Source of the DNA: the human T2T-CHM13v2.0 reference genome, Homo sapiens
Assembly: GCF_009914755.1 (NCBI RefSeq)
Contig: NC_060930.1
Direction: 5' to 3' (one strand)
DNA length: 64,000 bases
The notes beneath the pieces are model-generated. The model did no database searches, had not been told where the DNA came from, and was given only the letters and a program-made list of their open reading frames with translations. Shown piece by piece: positions 28,519-44,659 of the stretch. Each line of letters begins with the position of its first letter. The stretch's first letter is position 1. The translations under genes and the position numbers were made by a program.

Positions 28519-29338
28519 ATGGAAGATGGGAAGATTTTCTTTACAGTGGTATGCCAGCTAATAAATGTGGAAAGAAGGATAAAATTTGCAAATCCCCATT
28601 AGAAAATTAGAAAATCTGGACACCATCAGAATGCTGATAGGTGCAGGCAAAATTATAAGTCAATGCTAAAAGTATAGGTAAAATTTTGATGAGGATCAGG
28701 ATATTTATATAGTCTCAGAGTATTTCTCTAGAGCTTACTTATTGATTACAATGAGGAAGATGATACTTTTGCAGGGAAGAAATAGTAGTTACAAACTTAA
28801 CCAAATGATGAAAGCTAACTTCACTAATAATGGGGAAAATTGGCATCACATGCTTCTTGGTGTGATAGAGGATAATATGATTTTTTGTGACATTTCTTCC
28901 AATTTCCATAAACTTAATCTTACCATGAGTAGGACAAATTAAGAAATATTCCACAAACCACTGGCATATACTCTTCAAAAACATTATCAAAGTTGTGAAA
29001 GACACAATTGAGCAACTGTTCTAAATTAAAGGAGACTAAAGAGTCAAGACAATTAGATTCATATGTGTCTGTGAAATGGATCCTAGCTTGGGAGAGAAAT
29101 TTCTATAAAAGATTGTATTGATACAATTAGTTAAATTTTTATAGATTGTATATTAGATAATGCTATTTTATCAATGTTAAGTTTACTGAATTTGATAATT
29201 GTGCTGTGTTAAGGAACTGATCTTGTTTTAAGAAATACACATTGATGAATTTAGGGATTAAAAAGATATAATGTCTGAAAATCATTATCAAATAGTTTAG
29301 AGAAATAATCTTTGAGATCTCTCTCTGTGTCTCTCTCC

Positions 29339-29509
29339 ATATATATATATGGAGTATATATATATATATATATATGGAGTATATATATATATATATGGAG
29401 TATATATATATATATGGAGTATATATGTATATATATATATGGAGTATATATATATATATGGAGTATATATATATATATATGGAGTATATATATATATATA
29501 TATATGGAG

Positions 29510-29540
<31 letters not shown>

Positions 29541-29541
29541 A

Positions 29542-29575
<34 letters not shown>

Positions 29576-29592
29576 AGTATATATATATATAT
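29339..29592. repeat. [GGAG(TA)n] minisatellite, 10 units
   Basis: GGAG at 29351, 29376, 29397, 29416, 29441, 29460, 29481, 29506, 29539 and 29574, separated by variable TA runs. Confidence 0.95.
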
Positions 29593-30133
29593 TCCATTGT
29601 TGCTGATTGTTTGGTTGAAGAGGCAAGATGGTCTGAAATGATCCCAAGATGTGGACAATATGTGCTTCTCATGTGGTTCCCATTCCATTTTAAATGTTTC
29701 CAGGCAGAAACAAAGATACAAATTTCTCAATTTATATTCAAATCTAACAGGTGTTTTATTCTATTTTCCTGTTCACACTCCCTGTTTGGGAGTCAATCAA
29801 CTAAGGACATCTGAAGGAAACAGAATTTAATTCTCAGAGTCAGGAGGTGATGAGAGACTGCTTTGGTAGGGAAAGTAATAGTAAATTTGTTCTTTCTTGG
29901 TTAAATAAAGAAGAAAAAGAAAGAAGAGAGGGAGGCAGGGAAAGAAATAGAAGACATAACAATCTTAAATATGTATCCACCAAACAGGAGAGCTGCAACA
30001 TATGTAAAGATAAAAAAACAGAACTTTAAAAAAAAATAGACAAATCCACAATTACTTTGGAGACTTCAAAACTTCTCTCATAATGATTGATAGAACAACT
30101 AAACAGAAAATCAGCAAGAATGTTGAAGAACTA

Positions 30134-30452
<319 letters not shown>

Positions 30453-31166
30453 TCAGCCACCAGAATTCAGTTAACATTTATAAAACAGTCCACACAGGAA
30501 GAGCAGAACACACTAGTCAAATCCACACTGAATATAGGTAAAGGTAAAACATATCCTGGGCCATAAAACAAACCTCAACAAATTTAAAAGAATTAACTAA
30601 TATGGTATAATCCCTGACCAAAATGAAATTAAAGTAAAAATCAGTCACAAAAAGACAGAAAAATGTCCAAACGCTTGGAAAATGAACAACACACTACTAA
30701 ACAGTTCATACAACAAAGAGAAAACCTTAGTAGATATCAAAAAATAAGGTAGCATGAATAAAAATGAAAATACAATATATTAAAAATTCCAAGATATCCT
30801 AAAGGAGTGCTGAGAGAGAAATATACAGCACTAAGTGCATACATTAGAAAAGAAAAAAGTCCCAAATCAGTCCTCTAAGCTCTTACTTGTAGAAATCAGG
30901 TGGGAAAAAGAGCAAAATAACCCAAAGCAAATAGAAGAAAGGAAATAATAAAAAATAAAAGCAGAAATCAGTGAAATGGAACACACGCACACACACACAC
31001 AAAAAAAATAGAAAAACAAACAAAAAGCTAGTTCCTTTCAAGGATCAATAAAAGAAGAACTCTAGCAAGATAGAAATTTTCAGCAGAGAGATGACACAGT
31101 TTACCAACATCAGGAATAAAAAGAGGACATCACTGTAGACTCAGCTGACATCAAAAGGATGAAGGA

Positions 31167-31606
<440 letters not shown>

Positions 31607-32861
31607 TCAGCAGCCACCTGATCCTGGGACCTCCTTCTTAAACTTCTAGAACAGTGCTTCTCAAACTTTAGCATCAGAGTCACTTGAGGGCTTATTCAAA
31701 CACAAGAGGCTGAGCCCCATGCTCAGCAGTTCTGATTCAATAGATCTGAGGTTAGGCCTGGAATTTAGCATTCTGCTTGCAGCACCCTAATTCCCCACCC
31801 CTTGCTCTCCTGTGCAGTGTCCGCTGTGGCTGACATGCCGCTGTTTGCCTGGAGAGAACCAATAGATGCCAGGAAATTAAAAAAGAAAAAGTATGAAACA
31901 AAAAGAAAATACATGACACGTGGGTATTACCTTCCTCCAAAAAATGTATCTCAAAACAAACATGTGATTGGCCTGGGGGCACACACACAGCCAGTCCTCA
32001 GCTAAGCAGGTTTCACTAGACCGTATCCCTCCTGGATGCTAGTTATAGATACTTTCACTGGACAAAAGAATCAAGAAGTAAAGACATGCCAGCCTGATAG
32101 AGTGTTAGGCTGGTGGACTGGGAATAAACATTGTAGTTTCTTGTCTCTCAAAGACACTTTAATTTAACAATAAATAAATAAATATGTACAGAGAGAACAG
32201 CAGTTTTGAAACTGTATACCATTGGAAACCTTTAACAGGTACCATGAGTGCATAGAATTTCTTGGGAGTTCCCTTTTCAAAAAAAGCAGTTGTAATCAGA
32301 TGGATCGAGAAAGAACATGAAATGTTTGTTTGGTTTTTTCCAAGGCAGAAAGCGCCCACACAATTGCGATCTACTTACCTTTTACTCTGCATGTATTTTC
32401 CATTGTGACAGAAAACCTTTCCCTGGTTTTTTCTTATGGGCCTCTGTTTGCTGTTACCAGAAGTTCCCAGGCAATATTACAGTGACTGAGGAAATGCAGG
32501 AATATGAATATGAATCAGTCTTATGGAATATCAGTAGGGAATGTTGATCCGTATTAGTTTCTGCTTCTTGCATGTTGAAGGCCTCTAATTCCCGGACAGT
32601 CTTCGTTTGGCCGTCCAGCGTCCTGCCACTCCTATCTCAAGTGGCTAGAGAGCCACAGCAGTCCTTGTCTCAGTATTGGATCGCACTTATGTCCCTATGT
32701 AGGTTGACAGGGAGAGACTGGTGTAGAAATGAGTGGACAGATGCTTTCGCTCTGTTCTTTGGCCCAGAAAACAAAAATAACTTAAAAAAAAAAAAGATGC
32801 CCACTGGCATTTTTCTCTCTTCTTGGTCTTTGCGTCTCTTTAATCATAGTACAAAATGGAA

Positions 32862-33236
<375 letters not shown>

Positions 33237-33467
33237 TCAAGAGACCACTGTTGCGATCCTGTTCTTTCCCCCTCGTTACTTTTTTGTCTTCCTTCTGCTG
33301 TCGCAATCGCCTTATGTGATGTTGAGGCTCACAGCATAGAGGTTGGAGATAGTTCAAGGCAATGCATTGGAGTACATTTTTACTTACTATATGTGCAGAA
33401 ATAGAATAGAAAAATGTGAGGAGGCAGAGGTCTGTCGCTTGAGAACTGCCAGAGGGAAACCATCACT

Positions 33468-33539
33468 TGGAGGTGTCGGGGATTGAACCCGAGGCCTCAT
33501 ACATGCAAAGCATGCGCTCTACCACTGAGCTACACCCCC
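33468..33539 (-). tRNA. tRNA-Ala(TGC)
   Basis: GGGGGTGTAGCTCAGTGGTAGAGCGCATGCTTTGCATGTATGAGGCCTCGGGTTCAATCCCCGACACCTCCA; cloverleaf intact. Confidence 0.93.
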
Positions 33540-34019
33540 TTACTATAACACCCATTTGTAATAATTTTCAGGAGTTAACTTTCATTTCCTGAGACTCCGT
33601 GAGCATGCTGGTAATAGTGGTCCGTACCATAGAGCGTGGAGAGCTACTCTGAGCAGGAGATACTTGGTACTAATGGGGGATACAGATTCTTTAGAATACT
33701 GTGTAGGACTTGAAACGAAAAACGAAAGATTAGAAAAGTGTCAGATAATAACCACAAGAAGTTTCCTTTGTGGCCTGAAGACGTTGAGTTCTTAGGGTCT
33801 GCTTCTATTATGCTTGGCAAGAATCAAGTTCTGATTTTCGTTTCTTTTGATTTCTTCCAGATATAACACAAAGCCATTGAAATTCAGCCTTTTCCTGCCT
33901 AAAACGCTTCATAATTGTTGTTTGCTCAGTCGGAATATCAAAGGTAAGATTTGATAGAGGAAAGCCATGATCAGAAGAAAACCTGAGAGCGGTGCACTCA
34001 ACATTTTTTCACAGGGGTC

Positions 34020-34328
34020 CTTAGCTGGCGTGGTGTCTTACTCCTGTACTCACAACTCCAGAGGCTGAGGCACGAGGATCGCTTGAACTCGGGAGTTAGC
34101 GATTGTAGGGAGCTATGATTGCACCACTACCCTCGAGCCCGGACAATGGAGTGAGAAAAGCAAGCAAGCAAGCAAGCAAGAGAAAGTGGGAATGAGGGAC
34201 GGAGGGAGGGAAAGAGGGAAGGAAGGGGGGAAGGAAGGGAGAAAGGAAGGAAGGAAGGAGAAAGAGGGAGGAAGGGAAGGAAGGAAAGGAGAGAGAGAGA
34301 GAAGAAGACGGGAGGTGAGGGGAGGGAA
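34020..34328 (+). mobile_element. FLAM-like Alu monomer plus GGAA/GGGA purine tract (paralog 48475-48685)
   Basis: Monomeric Alu followed by a low-complexity purine run. Confidence 0.75.
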
Positions 34329-34514
34329 TTCATAAGGCATAAATGAAAACCAGCTTTGGGGGTGGAGATGAGGGTTGAATTATGAGAGTAAGACGAAAGA
34401 TAAATAGAAACAGGATTGAAGAGTAGTTCAGAAAAACAAACATGCTATTGCCAAAGACAAGCAGGCACAGAAAAGGGGAGGTTTTAACAACTCTTTCAGG
34501 AATGGGAGAAAGAT

Positions 34515-34680
34515 TGAAAGATGGAGAAGATGAGTTAGTTTGGCTCATGCTAAATTTAAAATATCTGTGGGGCACGCCTGTGAGGATATTACACAGAGAA
34601 CTCAGGCAATTAACTCCGTCTCCAGCCTGGGGTTTGTAAGCATTAGTAGTAGTAGACACATTACATGGAGGTGGATAAAG
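34515..34680 (-). mobile_element. L2 fragment (paralog ~48860-49020)
   Basis: GATGAGTTAGTTTGGCTCATGCTAAATTT..ATCTGTGGGGCAC..GAGGATAT resembles antisense L2. Confidence 0.55.
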
Positions 34681-35524
34681 ACTAAAAAGTGTACTTTGAG
34701 ATATGGAAATTACAAACCTATTCGTGATATTTGTAGGCAACAAACAAGTTTTCTTCTAACTAGTTCTCGAATCTTGGGACTTATCACGGTGAGACTGGAT
34801 TCTTTGAACTATATAAGAAGATGAGAAGAAAACCCATTTCTCGGAACCAAATTTCTGGTGACGATTAACTCTTTCTCATTCTGGTTTGCCCATATATGAG
34901 CCTTTGCCAATGTTAATAAAATAACATTGATCCATTTTAAAATTGGCAGATTGCAAGTTGTATGGCAGACTTGGCTTTTCAGTTGGCTGACGGGATTTCT
35001 AGAATAAAAATAGGAAACTCAGTAATAGGTTTCACTGAATGAGAGACTAGAGAAGCGTTACACACAAAATTCATATGTATTCATGTGTGTGCGTGTCTGC
35101 CTGTCTGTGTCTGTTTGTGTGTGCATGTAAATGCTTGGGAGGATTATCTTGACTCTTTGATGCTGTAAAAGCAATATTAGGACAGTTTGCAGAAACACTC
35201 CTTCATCCTTATGTCATGTCACAGCCAGAGAAACCTGGCTGTCTATCAGATTCTTGGGAATTCATAATAAGAAGATATGCTTTTTTGTTTGCCACATGAA
35301 AGGGGGGAATTTAAAATAATTAAATATCCATACCTATCTTCAGGCTATCTACCAACAACATGATTGAAACACTTTTTTTTTTTTTGCGTATAATGTGTAG
35401 GATGAGCTTATTTATCACAGCATTCTTCTGAGGAATTAAACATTTAATTTTGAAGACAGAACACCCTCACGTCATACATACTCAGTTCTGAAAACCTAAA
35501 AATATATAAAGTACCTGTTTAAAT

Positions 35525-36722
<1,198 letters not shown>

Positions 36723-37578
36723 GATGATGTTATCTCTTTAAATGCTGTTCTGGGAGATTCCCAGAGCCAGAGAACATGGAGCATGGTCTCCCAGTAATTA
36801 AGTTTCATGCCTTGAGTGTTCTCGACAGAATGCATTTCTATGCATAATCTCCTTAGATCTTTACAACATCCCATTTAACATAATTATTATTAGCTACATT
36901 TTTAAGCTATTGAATAGAAGACAAATCATGCTTGGAATTACCCTAGACCTTCCCTTTCAACAGAATGTAAAGGAATCATTACCGTGTTAGGCAAGAAAAC
37001 ATTCAGTGCTACCATTTGTCTAATCAAATATTTCTTAATGAAATGAAACACAAGCTTCTGAGTTGAGAAAGCCTCAGTGACCTAAAGGATAAAGTATCTG
37101 ATTTACAGTTTCTGTAGAGTCAGTGTCCTCACCCTGAGGTTTCTTCTCATTTGGTACTAATTTTCCTTTTTCAACTTGCTGCAGTTCTGATGTTGAAGTA
37201 CTGTAGATTGTTTAGTCTCCTCACACAGTATGCAGGAGTTAGGGGAAAATAACTCTCAAAATGAAACAGCAATTTGAAAGAAAAAAGGAGGGAAAAAAAA
37301 GACCCATTACTCCCAACACAGTATTTCAACAGAGAAGTTGAAGTGGAAAAGGGAAAATGAGGCACATGCACCTGAATCTTGATGACTTTGCTGCCCATTT
37401 GCTTTCATTTTCAGTATTCTAAGGCCCCTCATGAATGTCTGACAGAATAATTCATATACAAGTACTTATTTTTGTTCTTTCCTGGATTCCAACACAGAAA
37501 TTAGTTAAGATTTGGAAATTCTGGACAAGGGTGCCAGGCTTCCTGTCAGTAAGAAAACTTAGAATATTCCTGTAATTA

Positions 37579-37900
37579 GGCCTGGTGTGGTGGCTCAAGC
37601 CTGTAATCCCAGCATGGTGAGAGGCAGAGGTGAGCCAGGATTTCCAGAAGAGCCAGGGCAACATGGTGAAACCCAGTCTCTACCAAAAAAATTAAAAAAC
37701 AAAACAAAACCAAAAAACAAACAAACAAACAAAAAGCCAGGCTTGTTGTTGCATTTCTGTAGTCTCAGCTACTCAGGAGGTTGACATAGGAGGATCGCTT
37801 GAGTCCAGGGAGGCTGAGGCTGCAGTGAGCTGTGATCATACCACTGCATTCCAGCATGGGTGACAGAGTGAGACCCTGCCTCAGAAAAACAAAACAAAGC
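37579..37900 (+). mobile_element. AluJ (paralog 52607-52915)
   Basis: J-type GGAGGATCGCTTGAGTCCAGG and GCTGTGATCATACCACTG; shared by units 2 and 3. Confidence 0.85.
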
Positions 37901-38257
37901 AAAAGTTATTTTTCCAGCAGTTTAACTGCGGAGCTATGGAGTTGACTCAAGGTACAAACCCGGTTTTTTCTAATTGCAAAATGTTTCTTGAATATACCAC
38001 CACCACATATATACACTCATACAGTATAATAGTTCTTCTTCTACGGGTTTCTTCACATTTCTTGTGATTTAAAAACACCCCCGCCCAACACACATAAATA
38101 ACATCAGATCAGAAATGAATTGTAAGTGCCGCAGCATATAGCATATTGGAATTTCTTAGGTTTTAAAAGTAATAACTTGCTAGGTTTAAGACTTTAAATA
38201 ATTTACGTCCTATCAGTTAACACTTCATGGAAGTCTTCAGTGGAGAGAGTGTTACAA

Positions 38258-38303
38258 ATATATATATATATATGTGTTTGTGTGTAAATATATATATATA
38301 TAG

Positions 38304-38356
<53 letters not shown>
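38258..38356. repeat. Compound (TA)n/(TG)n microsatellite
   Basis: Direct reading; paralog of 20969. Confidence 0.93.
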
Positions 38357-38358
<2 letters not shown>

Positions 38359-38517
38359 CATTACCTTTATGGAATTTTCAGAAAACAGCCAAAAAAAAGA
38401 AAAAAGAAAAAAGAAACAAAAAAACCACAAACACCTGGAGTTATATATAGACCTCTGGGATTGGTGCGCAAGCGCTGTGTTGAAGGAGTGACAATTATGC
38501 TAAAACCAAAATGCAAC

Positions 38518-38590
38518 TGCCGAAACCCGGGATTGAACCAGGGACCTTTAGATCTTCAGTCTAACGCTCTCCCAGCTGAGCTATCTCGGC
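38518..38590 (-). tRNA. tRNA-Phe(GAA) isodecoder (A6G, U16C, G57A)
   Basis: GCCGAGATAGCTCAGCTGGGAGAGCGTTAGACTGAAGATCTAAAGGTCCCTGGTTCAATCCCGGGTTTCGGCA; T4 terminator 6 nt downstream. Confidence 0.93.
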
Positions 38591-39134
38591 CACCGTGATC
38601 CTACTGCTTTTGTCATTTCTTCAAAATACAGAAACTGCCATTTGTAGGGTCAGTGTATCTTCCAACGCCTAATTCTGTTGTCTTCAATATCACCCGTCAT
38701 TCACTCACCTCCCCTCCACCCAAGAAATATAAGTTCTGCTGCAATTTATGTGTGAAATAGGATCCAATTTTCCCCAGCAAAAGATGGGAAAGAAAAGGCG
38801 AGGAATAGGTCAAATGAGGAAGATACTCCCATGCTTGGTCACCGTATAAAACACTGCTCAGAAAACTAAGGAATTCAAAATGAAATTATCTAGGCATTTC
38901 CTTTTCTCTTTTTTCGGATTTTCTTTTTCTGGCTTGCTCTTCAATGGCATGTCATAAAGGAACAGAAGATTAGTGGACACTTTAACACGGTAGTGGGCTT
39001 ATAGCTTCCGAAAAAAGACATCCTGAGCGAGGTAGTTCTTTTTTTCTATTTTCTTCCTTTTACCAGTCTTGTGCTCACACATCCACCTTGGGTGGTACGG
39101 AGACCCAGGGAGTGAAAATGGAAAGTATAATATG

Positions 39135-39424
39135 TTTGTTTCTTTGTTTCTTTGTTTCTTTGTTTTGAGATGGAGTCCCGCTCTGTCTCCCAGGCTGGAG
39201 TGCAGTGGCAAGATCTGGACTTAGTGCAACCTCCGTCTTTCAGGTTCAAGCGATTCTCCTGACTCAGTCTCTTCCAGTAGGTGGGATTACAGGCGCGCGC
39301 CACCACGCCCAGCTAATTTTTTTGTATTATTAGTAGAGACGAAGTTTCACCATGTTGATCAGTCTGGTCTCGCCTCGGCCTCCCAAAGTGCTAGGATTAC
39401 AGGCTTGAGCCACCGTTCCCGGCC
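39135..39424 (-). mobile_element. AluS, internally deleted
   Basis: Antisense dimer with (TTTCTTTG)n tail. Confidence 0.88.
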
Positions 39425-39489
39425 TATTCCTTGGAGTTCAGAGAATTGTGGTCTGCACATTGATGCATAAGAATTGTTTTTTTTTTCCA

Positions 39490-39775
39490 GCTGGGTGCAG
39501 TGGCTCACGCCTGTAATCCCAGCACTTTGGGAGGCCAAGGCGAGCAGATCGCCTGAGGTCAGGAGTTGGAGACCAGCCTGTCCAACATAGTGAAACCCCA
39601 TGTTGTCTCTACTGAAAACACAAAAATTAGCCCCGCGTCGAGGCGCGCCCCTGTAGTCCCAGCTACAGAATCTCTTGAACCCAGGAGGCAGAGGTTGCAG
39701 TGAGCCGAGATCACACCACTACACTCCAGCCTGGGTGACAGAGCAAGACTCCATCTCAAAAAAAAAAAAAAAAAT
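39490..39775 (+). mobile_element. AluSx-like
   Basis: Dimer with A-tail. Confidence 0.9.
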
Positions 39776-40195
39776 TGCTTTTTACATACACATCTGTAAT
39801 CATGAGATTGTATTTATTTATTTTTATTTTGACAGTGTCCCACTCTGCCAGACTGGAGTGCAGTGGCAATCTCCTCTCACTGCAACTTTCACCTCCTGGC
39901 TCAATCAGTTCTTCCACCTCAGCCTAGAAGTTTTATATCAATTCAAAAGTGTCAAGACATTGGACTCCTCTTGATAAATAACTTAAGAACAATTTAAGAC
40001 GTTTACAGAATTTCAGAAACAGTTCTCTCTGGAATGAGGGAATTGCTATGGCCAATAATTACTTGCAAACTGAATTTTAATAAAACCCTCTCTATGTCTG
40101 GACAGTTTTCAAACTGAGTCTCCTATTCTGAAAGAGTCAAGGCTTTCAGTTTTAGCCAAAATTTGATGGAAGGGTCGATAAGAAATTGTTCTTGA

Positions 40196-40629
<434 letters not shown>

Positions 40630-42756
40630 TTATCCCCTCCGCCTCACGTCTCTCCCCAGCTGGGCGCAGCCTCAGCCTATGCTGCAGAAATGTTAAAAGT
40701 TGAACATACAGAGAGGAAAAAAATGGAACGTGATGCGGAAATTAAAACAGCAGCTACATATAAATCTCAACACAGTGCTTAAAATGTGTGTAAATGGTTC
40801 TAGGACTGCGCTGCACTATTGTGAAAAGTTCATTCAGAAGTAAATGGGAGGGAAGGTGGAGAGGAGCTGAGCGCCAGCTGGCGGAGAGAGGGAAAAGAAG
40901 GGGTGCCGTGAAGTGGAGGAAGAAAAACACAAATGGGAGAGAGATAGAGGGCAAGGAAAAGCATCCTTAAGATGATTCGGACTTGGATGGACGGGACCGT
41001 AGAGTGAATCTAAGCGCCACATCTCTCCGTCGCTTCCTCTGGCCGTGAGGGAAGAGAGGTGTCCCTAGGGAGGTAGGCTGGACCAGGAAGGAGACCTGGT
41101 TCGTTTCGCCCAGGCTGTCACGGCTTCAAGAGCGCCTCTCCGCTATTTCCGTCGCTCGACAGACGGGCTGAGCTCTTTGGAGTGATGTTGGGTTTTGGTT
41201 TGCGCCTCAGGAACCGCTGATACCGTAGCTTCTGAGGGAGCTTCAGGGATTGCCTGGCTTCCTAAGTGCCTGTGTTGAGAGTTAGAAGCGGGATCTGCCG
41301 GCAGCTAAGAGACTGAGCATGACGGTGGAAACATCTAATTTTATTAGTTTTTGCTTAAAATGCAAAAGATGAGAAAAAGTTCCCGTTTCTTTGCTCCATA
41401 TATATCTCCTAGAATAAAGCCAATCGAAAGCCAACTTCACCCTAAAGAAACTCTTCCTGGCGTTTGCAACGAGCTCCTTTACTCCTAACGTCCAGCTCTT
41501 GGCTCAGGACCTGCAGAGCGGCACAGCTGTTGCAGAAAGGCGAAGTCGAGGTACAATCGGTGTTAACTACGTGTGCAGCCACCGTCTTCTTAGTCCTGTT
41601 ACAGGTGCAGAGGCAATATAAGTGAACCACTCACAAGTCGTGTGGGCTGACCTCAGATTGAGTTTAGCGATGACTTGTGACCACCTGGTAGATGGTGGAC
41701 CGTTACAGCATTTAGAAAGTGAGTAAAAGAAAGGATGCATACGGAAGCCCACACGCTTGCTTGGCTCCTGCAGATGGAGAGAGGTCACTTTTCTGCCTTC
41801 TGGGTGTTTAGTAACTTATTTTTTTTTTTTGCTTTGTTGGCATGAAATAAAGATGAAAATAAAAGCAGATTTTCTTTTAACAAGTTAGTATTAACATGCT
41901 TGCAGAGTATTTCCCTGTGGATTTCTGCTTAGTACTGTAATACCAGAATCAGAAACTCTACAAAGAGCTCTCTAATCTGGAGGTATGGGTTGTTCCCTAG
42001 CTTAGAAGGAGGTTATTTCTGGAGAGTAAGTACAATCAGGTAGAAAAGGATCCGTTGGGCTTGGGAGAATAAACGTTCATTACTTTTATTTATGAAAAAC
42101 AACAAAATGAGCTTTCTCCTATACTGATCTTGTTTCCTGGAGTTCAGAGTATTTGCATCTCAGACCAGAAACTTCCTTGAGGACCCAGAGAAGTACTTTT
42201 TACTTCCACCAAATTTCAGCTGAGGTGACTGCTATCTTTTCATCATTTGCCTTGTGTTTGTAGTTAAATAGTTTAAGTTTCAAACTATGTGGGTCTCTAA
42301 TGGAAAAAGTGACCACCAGCACATCAAATCGTCAACCACCGGCAGTGTAATCTTTTAGTGAAAGCTTGTAGGGCTTCTCAACCTGGTTAGAGGGAGTTAG
42401 AAGAAGAAACAGAAAAGGACGTGAGCCTTTTTAGCTTCTGATCTGAAATCAGACTTGGGCCACACAGTTCTATGGTTTCTGATGATTTCATTTACAACTA
42501 GAAATTGGTTGCATGGCCAGGAATACTGCTTGCTTCCCTCGTGCGTGGTTCATGTTAGTGATTGGTGGACTGCTTAGAAAATATAAGTGGATAATCCTAA
42601 GCAGCAAATAGATTCAAAGGAATAAACATGAGTCACCTCTGTGTATGAGAGAGAAATGCAGAGGCCAACACAATTCACCTTGACAGACAGAAAAATTTAA
42701 AGTTGGGGAATATCATGGACCGCTTCTCACTAGTGCCCGGGGAAGAAAACAAAACC

Positions 42757-42828
42757 TGGAGGTATTGGGGATTGAACCCAGGACCTCGTGCATGCTAAGC
42801 ACGCGCTCTACCGCTGAGCTATACCCCC
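42757..42828 (-). tRNA. tRNA-Ala(AGC) isodecoder (C49:A65 mismatch)
   Basis: GGGGGTATAGCTCAGCGGTAGAGCGCGTGCTTAGCATGCACGAGGTCCTGGGTTCAATCCCCAATACCTCCA; T4 terminators adjacent. Confidence 0.9.
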
Positions 42829-43591
42829 TCTGGAAAACTTGCCTTTTAGAGAATATTTTGATGACTATTATTGTCTGAGTCTGGGCTCTGTGTCATGATA
42901 ATCTTTATGTTTTCAATTCCACTCTCAATTTCCTACAGGAAGTGTTTCCTCTCTTAGGCCCTGCTACACCAAAAGAAAGGTAGCTTAATAGTACAAATAA
43001 AGGCACTGTTCCTGATTTGTGGTCAGTCCAAGATCAACTCACCCCACGGTGGGCTCCCCATCGCGTTAGATTTCCTGGAGCATACTTGCATTCAATCATT
43101 TGAGTGTGTCCTGGCATACAACATTCTCTTGCAAATTTTCTGATTATAATGTTCTGTATTCTTTTGACTCTTGGAAGCGTGTTAGTCTCACATGGTCAAA
43201 AAATAAAACTGACTCAAGTGTGTGTGAAAATACCCTAAAATTCAACACAAATAGAGGCAAATTAAAACTGCATTGTGAAAGAATAACATAACCCCATTGA
43301 AATAACTGATTTAAGAAAATGCTTGACAAAGTTCGTTGTTCTAATTGTAAGTACAAAAAGAAGAGGAAACAAATCTTAAACTCTATGTATGAGGGTTTTT
43401 TTTTTAGAGCTAAGGCTGCAGAAATTCTGAGATTTTGTGTGAATTTTAGGATTGGGAAAATGAGTGTGTGTGAGCGCGTGTGTTGTTGGAAACAGGCTGT
43501 CACTGTAAGAGAAAGAAGGTAAAGAATAGTCCTGTTGGTGTTGATGGGAATTGGAGGCATCAGTATGAAATTATACATATGTAATTGTATA

Positions 43592-43880
<289 letters not shown>

Positions 43881-44116
43881 AGTACATTTTCCCTACAGAT
43901 CTGTCTGCTAACTGAGCCTGGAAGAAATACCTTAGAAACAATGAGCAAGATGACTCTATATTTTGATTTTCAAATACCATTCTCTACTAAAAGGAACCAG
44001 AGATACTAATAGAAAGTAGCTACTAGTGTCAACTACACTGACTCCAGGACTGTGCCAGGGAAACTACAAGATGAACCTAAAATATCTTGCTGTGCCAGAA
44101 TGATGGGGATGATTTA

Positions 44117-44461
<345 letters not shown>

Positions 44462-44659
44462 TTAGCCGTAAAGAGAGAGGAGAATCATTGTGGCAAAATA
44501 TCGGGAATTGGTAAATATGAGTAACTTGTGTGTGGCAGTTCTTTGTATCATTTTTGCAACTTTTCTGTAGGTTTGAAATAATTTCAAACTAAAAAGGTTT
44601 TTCTAAATTCTCCCTTCTCAAATTTCTTTTCCCTCTTCCTTCAAGGGCTGTACTCTTCT

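Noticed and set aside
29339-29592. Repeat-spacer appearance resembling a CRISPR array
   Set aside because: A 4-bp repeat with pure TA spacers in primate DNA and no cas genes; it is a minisatellite.
29163-29814. Overlapping YI-repeat ORFs up to 169 aa (also near 20721-21388)
   Set aside because: Artefact of stop-free (TA)n repeats.
34160-34328. Long purine tracts (also 13195-13305, 27230-27330, 48605-48685) as special triplex elements
   Set aside because: Ordinary decay products of Alu/FLAM tails with no conservation between paralogs.
38227-38598. 123-aa ORF overlapping tRNA-Phe
   Set aside because: Composed of microsatellite and antisense tRNA sequence.
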